A stretch of 60,874 bases of DNA, counting the filler, from Nitrospinae bacterium RIFCSPLOWO2_12_FULL_45_22 (GTDB taxonomy: Bacteria; 2-12-FULL-45-22), in assembly GCA_001803565.1 (NCBI GenBank). It is 5 parts of 5 records of this genome, joined end to end, with 100 filler letters (N's around TTAATTAATTAA, not from the genome) between each part and the next. Parts side by side here need not be neighbours in the genome. Positions count along the whole stretch, not along the records: positions 34,004 to 46,033 come from MHDQ01000046.1; positions 46,134 to 55,233 come from MHDQ01000047.1; 3 more parts are not named here. One strand, written 5' to 3'. This document shows, one piece after another, positions 37,108 to 46,473 of this stretch (position 1 is the stretch's first letter; every line of letters starts with the position of its first letter). The notes below the pieces were generated by a model. The model searched no databases and was not told the DNA's origin. It saw only the letters and a program-made list of their open reading frames with translations. The translations under genes and the position numbers were made by a program.

Positions 37108-37386
37108 CCTCTATCCTTCCCTTTTTTCTAGAAAATAGCACGGATAAATCCGCCCCTACACTATTTTTAGCCCTCATAGTATCCCTTGGGCCCTGAGGGC
37201 TTATGCCCCGAGTTTGTCAGATACACCTTGATTTTAATCAATTTAATATTAAAATAAGTCTGTACTGAAATCAATTAAAGATAGCATAGTATAACCTGAT
37301 AATTAACATTCCTGCTACCCCTTAGAGCTAGCAAGCTCGCTTCATGGGCAAGCTACTGTTATTTTTAGAAAGGAGATTCGTGAGGT

Positions 37387-37584
37387 ATGACTTATGAGGA
37401 ATTATTGGTTGAAGTTGTTACTCAGTATCCCAAAGCAAAGAAAGTTATTACTGATCTGCAAAGCAAAAACAAAGCCGCCTACCAAATAGTTGATATCTTA
37501 GAGGATATGGGCTTACTTTCTCAAGAGTTAAAACGCGAGTATGAAAAGCCACCTAGTTTTATATCATTTAAAGACGAGGATTAA
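37387..37584 (+). CDS. Small hypothetical protein
   Basis: GAGG RBS, 65-aa ORF in AT-rich DNA. Confidence 0.5.
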   Translation: MTYEELLVEVVTQYPKAKKVITDLQSKNKAAYQIVDILEDMGLLSQELKREYEKPPSFISFKDED

Positions 37585-37807
37585 ATAGTCCTTGTAGTAC
37601 CTACGAGAAGGATTCTAGGGTTCGAGGATTCAAGGATTCTAGTGAAACTCCCTTGACCCCTGGAATCCTGGTAAGTGAATCTTCCCTGGTCATTCTTCGC
37701 GTCCTTTGCCTGCCCGCGCTACTGCAGGTGGGCGTCTTTGCGGTTCTATCTAAGCCTAGATACTTTAATCTGGCAAAGTCAGATTAAAATTATCCCCCTA
37801 ATTTGCT

Positions 37808-38497
37808 TTAGAAACCGAGGTTATCTCCTACCAAAATAATCAGTATATCAGTGAGCATAGGGCGTCGTTCCAGGATAATTGTTGCCCGGCAGGCCCGTTG
37901 TGGGGAATTGCAGTCCGCACAAAAGCCGGTCTGGATACAAGGAACTGCTAGATCGGCCTCTTTTATGGCCTGAGGGGTGGCGATATTTTTGATACGCTGC
38001 AGGGCGCTGGGGATATCAGGCACCAATTTATTTATTCCAGCTACTATCATTACTTTTTGTGGCCCGAAGGTCATAGCACAGACCCGATTGCCAATCCCAT
38101 CGGTACTAACCAATTCTCCTTCTATAGTAAGGGCATTAGTGCTGGTTAAGAAGATGTCACAAGTCAGATGGGCCTTACGGATATTCAGAATCTCTTCTTG
38201 GGAGAGCCCGGGCTTCCAATGGTTATAGATGATATTGCCCTGGGCTTCCAGGGCTGCTAAAATCCCTATTTCTCTGATGGTCATGGAACCTCCTACCCCT
38301 ACCCGGGCTGAGGCCGGGATACGGTTCAAGAGCTCCGCATGGGCTTGATGCCGATCCGCCACATAAAGGGCCTCAAAACCATGCTCCTTCAAGGCATTAA
38401 TAGCCCTGATGGCCCGTTGTTCCTGGTGCCAGATGCGGATCTTTTCCATGTTTTTTAACCTTTCTGCATAAATATCTTCCGGTATTTCTTTCTCCAT
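37808..38497 (-). CDS. LUD-domain (lactate utilization C-like) protein
   Basis: GVGGSMT, FLTSTNALT.EG.LV..DGIGNRV, GINKLV, PCIQTGFCADCNSPQRAC. Confidence 0.88.
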   Translation of the reverse strand: MEKEIPEDIYAERLKNMEKIRIWHQEQRAIRAINALKEHGFEALYVADRHQAHAELLNRIPASARVGVGGSMTIREIGILAALEAQGNIIYNHWKPGLSQEEILNIRKAHLTCDIFLTSTNALTIEGELVSTDGIGNRVCAMTFGPQKVMIVAGINKLVPDIPSALQRIKNIATPQAIKEADLAVPCIQTGFCADCNSPQRACRATIILERRPMLTDILIILVGDNLGF

Positions 38498-38542
38498 AAT
38501 CTCCTCCTGGCAGAGACAATCTTTGCCACTACCTTTTCCTAA

Positions 38543-39715
38543 CTACTCCACCTTTTCTTGCCGGACTAATTTACCCCCTTCAAAAAAGAACCGCTGCTCT
38601 ATCCGGCCATCATAATTACTATCCTCCTCTTGTCGCACAATCTTATTGGCCTCATAATATGACCAGATATCTATCTTACCGTCCTTATTAGTATCAGCCT
38701 CTTGTCGTATCAGGCTCCCGTCTTGAAAATAGGAAAAGATATCGGGTTGGCTATCACCGTTGGTATCCTGTTCTTGCCGCTCTATCTTGTTATCTTTATA
38801 AGATAGCCATCGGTCAATTTTACCATTTTTTTGGGTGGACTCCTCCTGGCGCTGCAGTAGGCCGTTCTCATAATAATAGGTTACATCTGGCTTCCCATCA
38901 TCATTACGGTCTTCTTCGTATTTTATTAGTTGATTATTCCGGTAATATGACCAGAGGTCCACCTTCCCTCTTTTCTTGGAATCTACCTCCCGGCGTGCTA
39001 ATTTCTCATCCTCGAAAAAGGAGCGGAGGTCTATCTTGCCATCTCCATTGGTATCCTCTTCTTGCCTCACCAGCTTCTTATTGTCAAAATAGTTAATTAC
39101 TTCCGGCTTACCGTCGCTATTATTATCTACTTCTTCCTTGGTGATCCTACTGGCACTATCAAAGTAACTCCAAACCTCTATCTTGCCATCTTGGTCGGCA
39201 TCTTCTCCTTGCTTAATCAGTTTCTCATTCTGATAATAGAGAAACACATCCTTTTTCTGGTCATGATTCATGTCAGCCTCTTGTCGAACAATCTTTCCTT
39301 TTTCATAATAAGTCCAGAGGTCAGGCCTATTATCATTATTAGTATCTTTTGTCTTTTCCTGAGTATTACCTGCACTATCCAGCGCAAACCAGGTATCCGG
39401 GCGACCATCGTGGTCAGTATCCTTCTCCTGTTTGAATAAATTTCCTTTCTGATAATAGCTCCAGACATCGGGCTTAGCATCAAAGTTGGTGTCTTGCACA
39501 TGCCTCTGGACTTCTCCTTGCGTATAATAGATCCAGGTATCTGGCCGGCTATCATTATTGCTGTCCTCTTCCTGCCGGGCTTTTCCTCCCTCTTCGTAAA
39601 AAATCTGTGTCGGGGCCTTCTTTTTTTCCTGGGCTTGAGACCAGTAAGAATAAAATAGAGATAAAAATATTATTACTAGGAAGATATTCTTCCTAGTAAT
39701 AATATTTTTTGGTAA
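38543..39715 (-). CDS. Exported repeat protein with many DxNxDGxxD-W repeats (start approximate)
   Basis: ~22-aa periodic EEDxNxDGxPDxWxYY units after a hydrophobic signal segment; the ORF's first ~40 codons are repeat-element DNA. Confidence 0.75.
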   Translation of the reverse strand, partial: LPKNIITRKNIFLVIIFLSLFYSYWSQAQEKKKAPTQIFYEEGGKARQEEDSNNDSRPDTWIYYTQGEVQRHVQDTNFDAKPDVWSYYQKGNLFKQEKDTDHDGRPDTWFALDSAGNTQEKTKDTNNDNRPDLWTYYEKGKIVRQEADMNHDQKKDVFLYYQNEKLIKQGEDADQDGKIEVWSYFDSASRITKEEVDNNSDGKPEVINYFDNKKLVRQEEDTNGDGKIDLRSFFEDEKLARREVDSKKRGKVDLWSYYRNNQLIKYEEDRNDDGKPDVTYYYENGLLQRQEESTQKNGKIDRWLSYKDNKIERQEQDTNGDSQPDIFSYFQDGSLIRQEADTNKDGKIDIWSYYEANKIVRQEEDSNYDGRIEQRFFFEGGKLVRQEKVE

Positions 39716-39869
39716 CAGCTTTATATGGTTTTTATAACCGCAGAGACACAGAGGCCGCAAAGAGAGGAATTCTTTGCGTTCTTGGCGCCTTTGCGGTAAA
39801 TAATTTGAGTAAAAAAAATCTTTTTCTCTGTGCACTCTGTGCCTCCGTGGCTAAAAATATTACCCTTTT

Positions 39870-41009
39870 TCACTCCATATTATAGCCGAAGGTCCCGGCA
39901 ATAGCGAGGTTAGTTACTTTAACCTCTTGCGGGAGAGGAGAGAAGGGGGAGGCCCTGGATAAAGCCTGCATAGCTCCTTTATCTAAGACTGGATCCCCGG
40001 AGGTCTTCAATAATTCTATCCGGGAAACGCTGCCATCTCGCTCAACTGTAAAGGCCAATTGAACCGTACCCCTAAGCCCAGGTTTTGCCTCCATCGGATA
40101 GCGCCAAAAACTGAGGAGCCGTTCTTTAATCTGACTAATGTAGGGGATCAGAGCAGGGTCTTGTGTATTCAAAGAAGTAAATCCTCCCTTTATCAGAGAA
40201 GGATCAATCCCTTCTCTTCCCCGGGAGAAAGGACCTGGATCAGGGGCTGGAGGAACAACTGGGGGAGATATTTCGGCTGGGCCACCTAAGTGTTCTGCTA
40301 TCAATAAACCCGCTAACTGCTGAAGACCTCCTTTGCTCATGCCCTTGCCCTGATAAGATTTGACTTGCAGGGATTCGGGTATATCCATATACCTTCTGTC
40401 CTGGGCCAGCGTTGCCTTTCTCAGGGACTCGATTCTAACCGAGGGGATCAAACCAATACCTGTGGATAGGGTAGGGGGGGTAGGTTGCTCTCTGCCGGGA
40501 TTGAGTTCAGTCATTGCCCGTCGGGCTATAGTCTTCTTTGGGCTGGGAGGGTATAATAGCTGGCCCGTAATGGTATCGTTTCCTCGTCTTACTGCCTGGT
40601 CTGGTTTCAACCGGGTGGGATAAGCCACTTTCTTACTAAGGGCTGGAGGGTTGACCGGCTCTTCGGGGATAACGGCCAGGTCTTTAGCTTTTCTAAAAGT
40701 AGTAGGCTTAAAGATAGGTTTTAAGAAAGGAAGAAGGCCGGTTTCCCTTCTTTCTTCTTTTAGCCCCGATAGGTGAGGTAAAGGCTTCGGCTGACCCTTT
40801 ACGGGAGACTCTAAAAAATTGACCAGATTTACCCAATAGACAGGATATTTATCTGGATTTCGTTGCAGTTTCACCCAGCTATAATGGTATAAGAATAATC
40901 CCAGCAAGCCCAGGAGCAACGCATGGCTTAAAGAGGAAAATAGGAGCATCCCTCTAAGTTCTTCCCATAAGGCTGTTCCAATCCTTCTTTCCTCGCTTAA
41001 AGATTCCAT
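39870..41009 (-). CDS. TonB/TolA-like energy transducer
   Basis: SLSHALL TM anchor, Pro-rich linker, TonB_C domain (WRYP...GTVQLAFTVERDG...SG...LDKGA...ASPFSPLP). Confidence 0.85.
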   Translation of the reverse strand: MESLSEERRIGTALWEELRGMLLFSSLSHALLLGLLGLFLYHYSWVKLQRNPDKYPVYWVNLVNFLESPVKGQPKPLPHLSGLKEERRETGLLPFLKPIFKPTTFRKAKDLAVIPEEPVNPPALSKKVAYPTRLKPDQAVRRGNDTITGQLLYPPSPKKTIARRAMTELNPGREQPTPPTLSTGIGLIPSVRIESLRKATLAQDRRYMDIPESLQVKSYQGKGMSKGGLQQLAGLLIAEHLGGPAEISPPVVPPAPDPGPFSRGREGIDPSLIKGGFTSLNTQDPALIPYISQIKERLLSFWRYPMEAKPGLRGTVQLAFTVERDGSVSRIELLKTSGDPVLDKGAMQALSRASPFSPLPQEVKVTNLAIAGTFGYNME

Positions 41010-41022
41010 AACAAAATCTTTA

Positions 41023-41158
41023 GTATGCGTTCAGCCGTCAGTTGTCAGCGGTCAGAAAGACTTATCGTCAGTCGTAAGAGGTAAGGCGTGAGGGGTATCT
41101 CCTTACGATTGTTTTTAAATGAGAGCTGATGACTGATAACTGATAGCTGAATGCTTCC
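41023..41158. mobile_element. MITE-like element (GTATGCGTTCAG...CTGAATGCTT) with GCTGATA-type heptamer cargo
   Basis: Inverted homologue at 51282-51401; flanks AATCTTTA/AAGCGTTA match 6/8. Confidence 0.65.
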
Positions 41159-41163
41159 AAGCG

Positions 41164-41565
41164 TTAAAGGGGTTGGGTAACCATGCCTAGTTGATTTATC
41201 CCGGCCTTTTTTATCCGCGCCATGGTCTCTACCACAAACCCATATGGTACGTCTTTATCTGCCCGTAAGAATACCTCTTTGCGCTGGTCTAGCTCGGCAA
41301 AGGCCCTTAACTTTTCTTCTAATTCTTCCGGGGTAACCCGCCGGTCATTCAGATATAATCGCTGATCTTTAGTTACCGAGACTACCATGCCTCGTTCAGA
41401 GGTAACACTCTTGGCCTGAACCTGGGGGAGGGCTACATCTATCCCTTCTTGCATCATGGGAGCTGTTACCATAAATATCACCAGCAACACCAGCATCACA
41501 TCTACTAAAGGGGTTACATTTATATCAGATAAAGCACCATTAGAGCGAAAATCTTTAGTCTCCAT
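41164..41565 (-). CDS. tolR: TolR/ExbD protein
   Basis: DINVTPLVDVMLVLLVIFMVTAP, LRADKDVPYG. Confidence 0.9.
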   Translation of the reverse strand: METKDFRSNGALSDINVTPLVDVMLVLLVIFMVTAPMMQEGIDVALPQVQAKSVTSERGMVVSVTKDQRLYLNDRRVTPEELEEKLRAFAELDQRKEVFLRADKDVPYGFVVETMARIKKAGINQLGMVTQPL

Positions 41566-41572
41566 ACTATCT

Positions 41573-42289
41573 TTACCTCACCTTACTAAGCCGGGAAAAG
41601 GCTTCTGCACTAAAGTTACTCAGTTGAGTGCCTACTACCCTGATCCGGTGATTGAAATAGTTATAGGCGATTACTGCAGGGATAGCAGCGGCTAACCCGG
41701 CAGCGGTAGCTATTAGGGCCTCAGAAATCCCTGGCGCTACAGCCCCAATATGGGCACTACCCCTTACGCCAATGCCCCGGAAGGCATCCATCACACCCCA
41801 AACTGTACCAAAAAGGCCAATAAAAGGGGTGGTACTTCCTGTAGTAGCCAGGAAAGGCAATGCCCACTCTAGCTTAGTTATCTCTTCTGAAACAGCCTTA
41901 TTTAGTATCCCTTTTAACCGCTCTTCCCAATGCTCTTTGTCTTCTATACTACCAGGGTTATCCCCTTTGGCCTGCATCCGTCTCCTATACCATTCTGTAT
42001 AGCCAGCTACAAAGACCTGCGCCATAGAGCTGTAAGGGAGACGCTTCCCAGCCGAATAGAGAGAAGAGAGATTAGTGGCCTCATAGTAGAGCGACTGAAA
42101 ACGCTTAGTTTCTTTAGCTGCTCGGCGTAAGACCTTCCACTTGTGGCCAATGATGGCCCAGGAAAAAATAGAAAAAAATAAAAGAATTAATAGGACAAAT
42201 TTGGCCATAGGACCAGCATGGATAATCATCTCCAGTATATTACCACCGAAACTACTGGCTACAGCCCCTCCCAGGGGATTTTCTAGCAT
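41573..42289 (-). CDS. tolQ: TolQ/ExbB protein
   Basis: LATTGSTTPFIGLFGTVWG, VAPGISEALIATAAGL; start reassigned to ATG 42289. Confidence 0.9.
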   Translation of the reverse strand: MLENPLGGAVASSFGGNILEMIIHAGPMAKFVLLILLFFSIFSWAIIGHKWKVLRRAAKETKRFQSLYYEATNLSSLYSAGKRLPYSSMAQVFVAGYTEWYRRRMQAKGDNPGSIEDKEHWEERLKGILNKAVSEEITKLEWALPFLATTGSTTPFIGLFGTVWGVMDAFRGIGVRGSAHIGAVAPGISEALIATAAGLAAAIPAVIAYNYFNHRIRVVGTQLSNFSAEAFSRLSKVR

Positions 42290-42324
42290 ATCTTCTTCTC
42301 CCTTATGCTTACAATTATTTTTAA

Positions 42325-42436
42325 GTAACCGCTCGCCGGACCTGTTCTCCAGAGCGAAGCGAATGGTCTGAAACAAGGTAGATGCTTCGCTTTGGCTCAG
42401 AGTGACAACAAGCGGGATGAATGGATGAACGGTTCT
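42325..42436. mobile_element. Degenerate MITE of the GTAACC...TGAACGGTT family
   Basis: Same termini and GAGCGAAGCGAA...CTCAGAGTGACA cargo as 7517 and 10555. Confidence 0.6.
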
Positions 42437-42490
42437 CCATTCTCTTTAATAATTTTAAGAAATAAGAGCGACTAATGTCAATCTTTGTGT

Positions 42491-42967
42491 CTAAAAAGTT
42501 ACTATGTCTCCTTTGATCTTCCCTTCACCGATAGTCAATAGCCCTACCGAAGGGGTAACATAACACATCTTGATGGATGCTGCGCCGGGGTTAAAAAAGA
42601 AGAGTCCATCCCTTTGCCGAAACTCCGGGCTGTGGCTATGACCATATATTACCATATCTATATCCTCTAGACTCATTCCCTCGGGTAATAGGTTTTTTAA
42701 GCGGGTCAGAGGGCCTCCTATATGAGTCAGGAGGATGTTATTGCTTGATACGGTAACTATCTGCCTATCAGGAAATCTCTTTAACACAGAGTTGATATCA
42801 CCATTTCCATGAACGGCTATTACTGGAGCGACCTTTTCTAACTGAGTTATAACCTCTAGAGAGCCAATATCCCCTGCATGTAAGATCTGCATTACTCCCT
42901 GGAACAAGGGGATTATTTTTGGATCCAAATAACCGTGGGTATCGGACAAGACGCCAATTTTAATCAT
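42491..42967 (-). CDS. YfcE-like metallophosphoesterase
   Basis: SDTHG, HAGDIG, GNGD, GHSH, NPG motifs. Confidence 0.9.
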   Translation of the reverse strand: MIKIGVLSDTHGYLDPKIIPLFQGVMQILHAGDIGSLEVITQLEKVAPVIAVHGNGDINSVLKRFPDRQIVTVSSNNILLTHIGGPLTRLKNLLPEGMSLEDIDMVIYGHSHSPEFRQRDGLFFFNPGAASIKMCYVTPSVGLLTIGEGKIKGDIVTF

Positions 42968-43180
42968 ATACCTTTCCTCTTGGCTTCTATATTCATTTCA
43001 GGCTTGCTTTTATTCTAGCAGATAGTACAATGTAAATAAACTAAAAAAGGGCGAAAAGTGTAACACAAATTACCCGAATATACGAATAGCACGAATGAAG
43101 AGAACATGAGAGCTAGTGGTGTTATGAGTCCATTTGTGTTATTCGCGCTTAAGTCTTTGGTTTTAGGCGGATAAGATACG

Positions 43181-44185
43181 ATGGTGCAGGGGAAGGATAT
43201 TTGGGTAGTAGTAGAGCATGGTCGGGGCCGGTTGAAAAAGAGTTCCCTGGGCTTATTGACTGAGGGGAAAAGATTAGTAGCTAAGCTAGGTGGCTCATTA
43301 TGTGCGGTAGTGATTGGACAGCAGGTCGAGGGATTTATAGATACCTTAGCGCAGTATGGCGCCCATAAACTCTTCCTGCTCCAGGATAGCCAATATGAGC
43401 ATTATATTTCTGAAATCTATACTGATCTCCTGGCTAGCTTAGCGAATGAATACCATCCTGGTCTTATCGTACTGGCTGCTACTTATCAGGGGAAAGACCT
43501 GGCTTCACGGTTAGCAGCCCACCTAAACGTTGGCCTGGCCAGCGATTGTGCTAACTGGAGGTTCAATAATCAGGGATACCTGGAATATATCAGGCCGGTC
43601 TATGGGGGGAAGGTCTATGCTACCGAGATCTATCATTCACCCTTTATCCAGATCTTTACTATGAGACCTAATGTCTTAGATATAGATGACCCGAAAGACA
43701 GTTCTAAGCCAGAGATTATCCCAATAAAAATCACCTTGAACCATTCCATTCAGCGATCTACAGTATTGGATTTTCTACCGGCTGATCCGGCTACCATTGA
43801 CCTGAGCGAGGCTGAGATAATTGTGGCTGGAGGGAAGGGCGTAGGTAGTGCGGAAAATTTTCGGCTCTTAAAAAACTTGGCTGACCTATTAGGAGGTTCT
43901 CTGGGTGGTTCTCGGGTAGCAGTGGATTCCCGGTGGATACCCAGCGAGAGACAGGTGGGCCAGACAGGGAAGATAGTAGGACCGAGGCTATATATTGCCT
44001 GTGGCATTTCCGGGGCCATTCAGCATCTGATGGGGATGAAGGATTCTCAACGGATCATCGCCATCAATACTGATAAAAATGCCCCGATTTTTAAAATAGC
44101 GGATGTCAAGATTGTAGGGGATTTGAGAGAGGTTGTGCCAGCCATTTGTTGTAGATTGAGGAGAGAGAAATATGAAACAGCTTGA
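43181..44185 (+). CDS. etfA: Electron transfer flavoprotein alpha subunit
   Basis: RPVYGG, QVGQTGK, YIACGISGAIQH, AINTD..APIF. Confidence 0.93.
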   Translation: MVQGKDIWVVVEHGRGRLKKSSLGLLTEGKRLVAKLGGSLCAVVIGQQVEGFIDTLAQYGAHKLFLLQDSQYEHYISEIYTDLLASLANEYHPGLIVLAATYQGKDLASRLAAHLNVGLASDCANWRFNNQGYLEYIRPVYGGKVYATEIYHSPFIQIFTMRPNVLDIDDPKDSSKPEIIPIKITLNHSIQRSTVLDFLPADPATIDLSEAEIIVAGGKGVGSAENFRLLKNLADLLGGSLGGSRVAVDSRWIPSERQVGQTGKIVGPRLYIACGISGAIQHLMGMKDSQRIIAINTDKNAPIFKIADVKIVGDLREVVPAICCRLRREKYETA

Positions 44186-46033
44186 GGGTGTGAAATTGTT
44201 TCAGGAGATTCAAAAGAAGATTGTGGGGCGGAAAAAAGAGCTCAAAAATATCCTGGCAACTATCCGGGTAGACCGCAATATGGTGCTGGAAGGGGCTCCT
44301 GGGACCAGTAAATCTACTATTCTGCGGGAGATTACCCAGGCCATAGATATCCCTTTCTTTATGATTGAAGGGTCAGCGGAACTAACACCCGCTAAGCTCA
44401 TTGGCTCCCATAACCCAGCCGAGGTTATGTCCAGTGGGTATAGTGCCGATACCTTCCACCGGGGTCCCCTGACCCAGGCTATGGTCGAAGGGGGCTTTCT
44501 CTATATTGAGGAATTTAACCGGATACCAGAGGATGTAATGAATGTCTTGATCCGGGCTATGGACGAGCGTAAGATTTCTATTCCTCGCGTTGGAGAGATC
44601 ATTGCTGCGCCTTCTTTCCGCCTTATTGCCGCTATGAACCCCTTTGATGATGTAGGTACCGAAAGGATAAGTAGGGCCATCAGCGACCGGTTTTGTCGCC
44701 TGGTCTTAGATTATCAGAAAGAGCCGGAAGAAGTGGAAATAGTACGCACCAAGGCTGGTGACCCCTATGGGCTTGCCCCCCTGGCAGTGAACCTGGTCAG
44801 GCACACCCGGAGCCATCCGGAAGTAAAGATGGGCTCTTCTGTCCGGGGCGCTATTGATATGGTATTGATCGCAGGAGAGTTGCTAAGAATTGATGGGATA
44901 AATAGCCAGGCTGAGATGATTACCGGTTACGATTTAGGTGCCAAAGAGTCTATCCTGGATGCGGCCTTAATGGCCCTCTCCAGCAAGATCTGGCTGATAG
45001 AGACCTCTGAGAAAACTCCAGAAGAGGTTATCCGGGAGATATGGGACTCTATCTATTCTGTCTATCTACCAACTACTCCTGATGGAGAGGATGGTTCAGC
45101 CAAAGCGAGCGAAGAGAACCCCTCAGGAGAAGGCGGGGGCAATCCTGGCCAGGCCGGGCAAAAGGGCCAGGGAGAAAAAGATTCCTGTGCTGCCCAGGAA
45201 GACTGTCAGGAATTAAACCCAGATGCCTCTGATGCCTCCGCTAGTGATAACCTTGTCGGGGTGGCTGATAATACCGATAAGCCGTTTGATTTGCCCCTCC
45301 AACCCCAGGATAATCCAACCCCTCCTAATCCTTATTTATACTACCCTAACCCTTATGGCGATTCAGATACTATCCAGGAGGCTAAAAAAATGGCCCTGAA
45401 CTGGGTGCTTAATATTCCCAGAATATATAAGGTATCAAAGACCTCTTACGGGGATTTCAAACCCAATCGCTTTGATTTCAACTCTGATGAATTGGAGCTA
45501 GACAGAACCCTGGATAGGATCCTGGGCAAGAGGGAAATAGAGTATGACGACTTCATAGTGCGGGAGCGGAAGCAGGAGAAGCGGGCTTTTTCGCTGATTA
45601 TTGATGCCAGCGGTTCTATGAAGGGCGAGAATATCCTACGGGCAGCCATTGCAGTTACTACCCTGGTGAATAATCTGGGCAAGGATGACTATGCTATCGT
45701 CGCATTTAGCGAAAGGGCTAAAGTGATAAAATTCATACATGCCCATAAGGATATTAAGAGGTTGATTGATGACATATTCGATTCTTTTATTGGTGGCATG
45801 ACTGATATCGGCATAGGTTTAGAAATCGGGCTGCAACAGCTCTACCGCAGTCCCCGAAAAAAGAAGATCGGCATTATCCTGACAGATGGTGCCCATAATA
45901 AGCGGACTGATCCTTTAGTCCAGGCAAAAAAATATCCCAAACTATCTGTTATTGGTATAAGACCGCCCTGGGAGGATGCCGAGGAGAGGTGCCGCCAGAT
46001 GGCCCAATTAGGCCGGGGCAGGTGTATCCTTAT
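44172..46033 (+). CDS. MoxR-family AAA+ ATPase fused to a vWA domain (3' end cut by gap)
   Basis: GAPGTSKST, IEEFNR, AAMNP, acidic/Pro linker, MIDAS DASGSM, GGMTDI, LTDG. Confidence 0.88.
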
Positions 46034-46133
46034 NNNNNNNNNNNNNNNNNNNNNNNNNNNNNNNNNNNNNNNNNNNNTTAATTAATTAANNNNNNNNNNN
46101 NNNNNNNNNNNNNNNNNNNNNNNNNNNNNNNNN

Positions 46134-46415
46134 GCTATGGGTGTAGTTACTTACATTGCTGTCGATGGTTTTGGGGCATTCATGCAGTCAGGAGAAAAAA
46201 GGATGACCGAGGTGGTTGCAAAAACTGGGTTGGCATCATTTCTCTATCTTGAGCTGCTCGATGCTTCATTCTCTTTTGATGGAGTAATAGGTGCATTTGC
46301 CCTGACCAATAATCTACTTATAATTGCGATCGGTTTAGGAATAGGTGCTATGTTCGTTAGGTCTTCCCGCGATAACTCTAGGATAGACCTAGCTGGCATG
46401 GCAAAATATGGTTAG
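46134..46415 (+). pseudogene. DUF475 protein C-terminal part, prematurely truncated
   Basis: FLYLELLDASFSFDGVIGAFALT...GLGIGAMFVRS, then unrelated sequence and a stop. Confidence 0.7.
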
Positions 46416-46473
46416 GCTGTATATTGGAGGTTGGGTCAAGAAGGCTGATCCTGTCTTAAATATTTAGGCCTTC

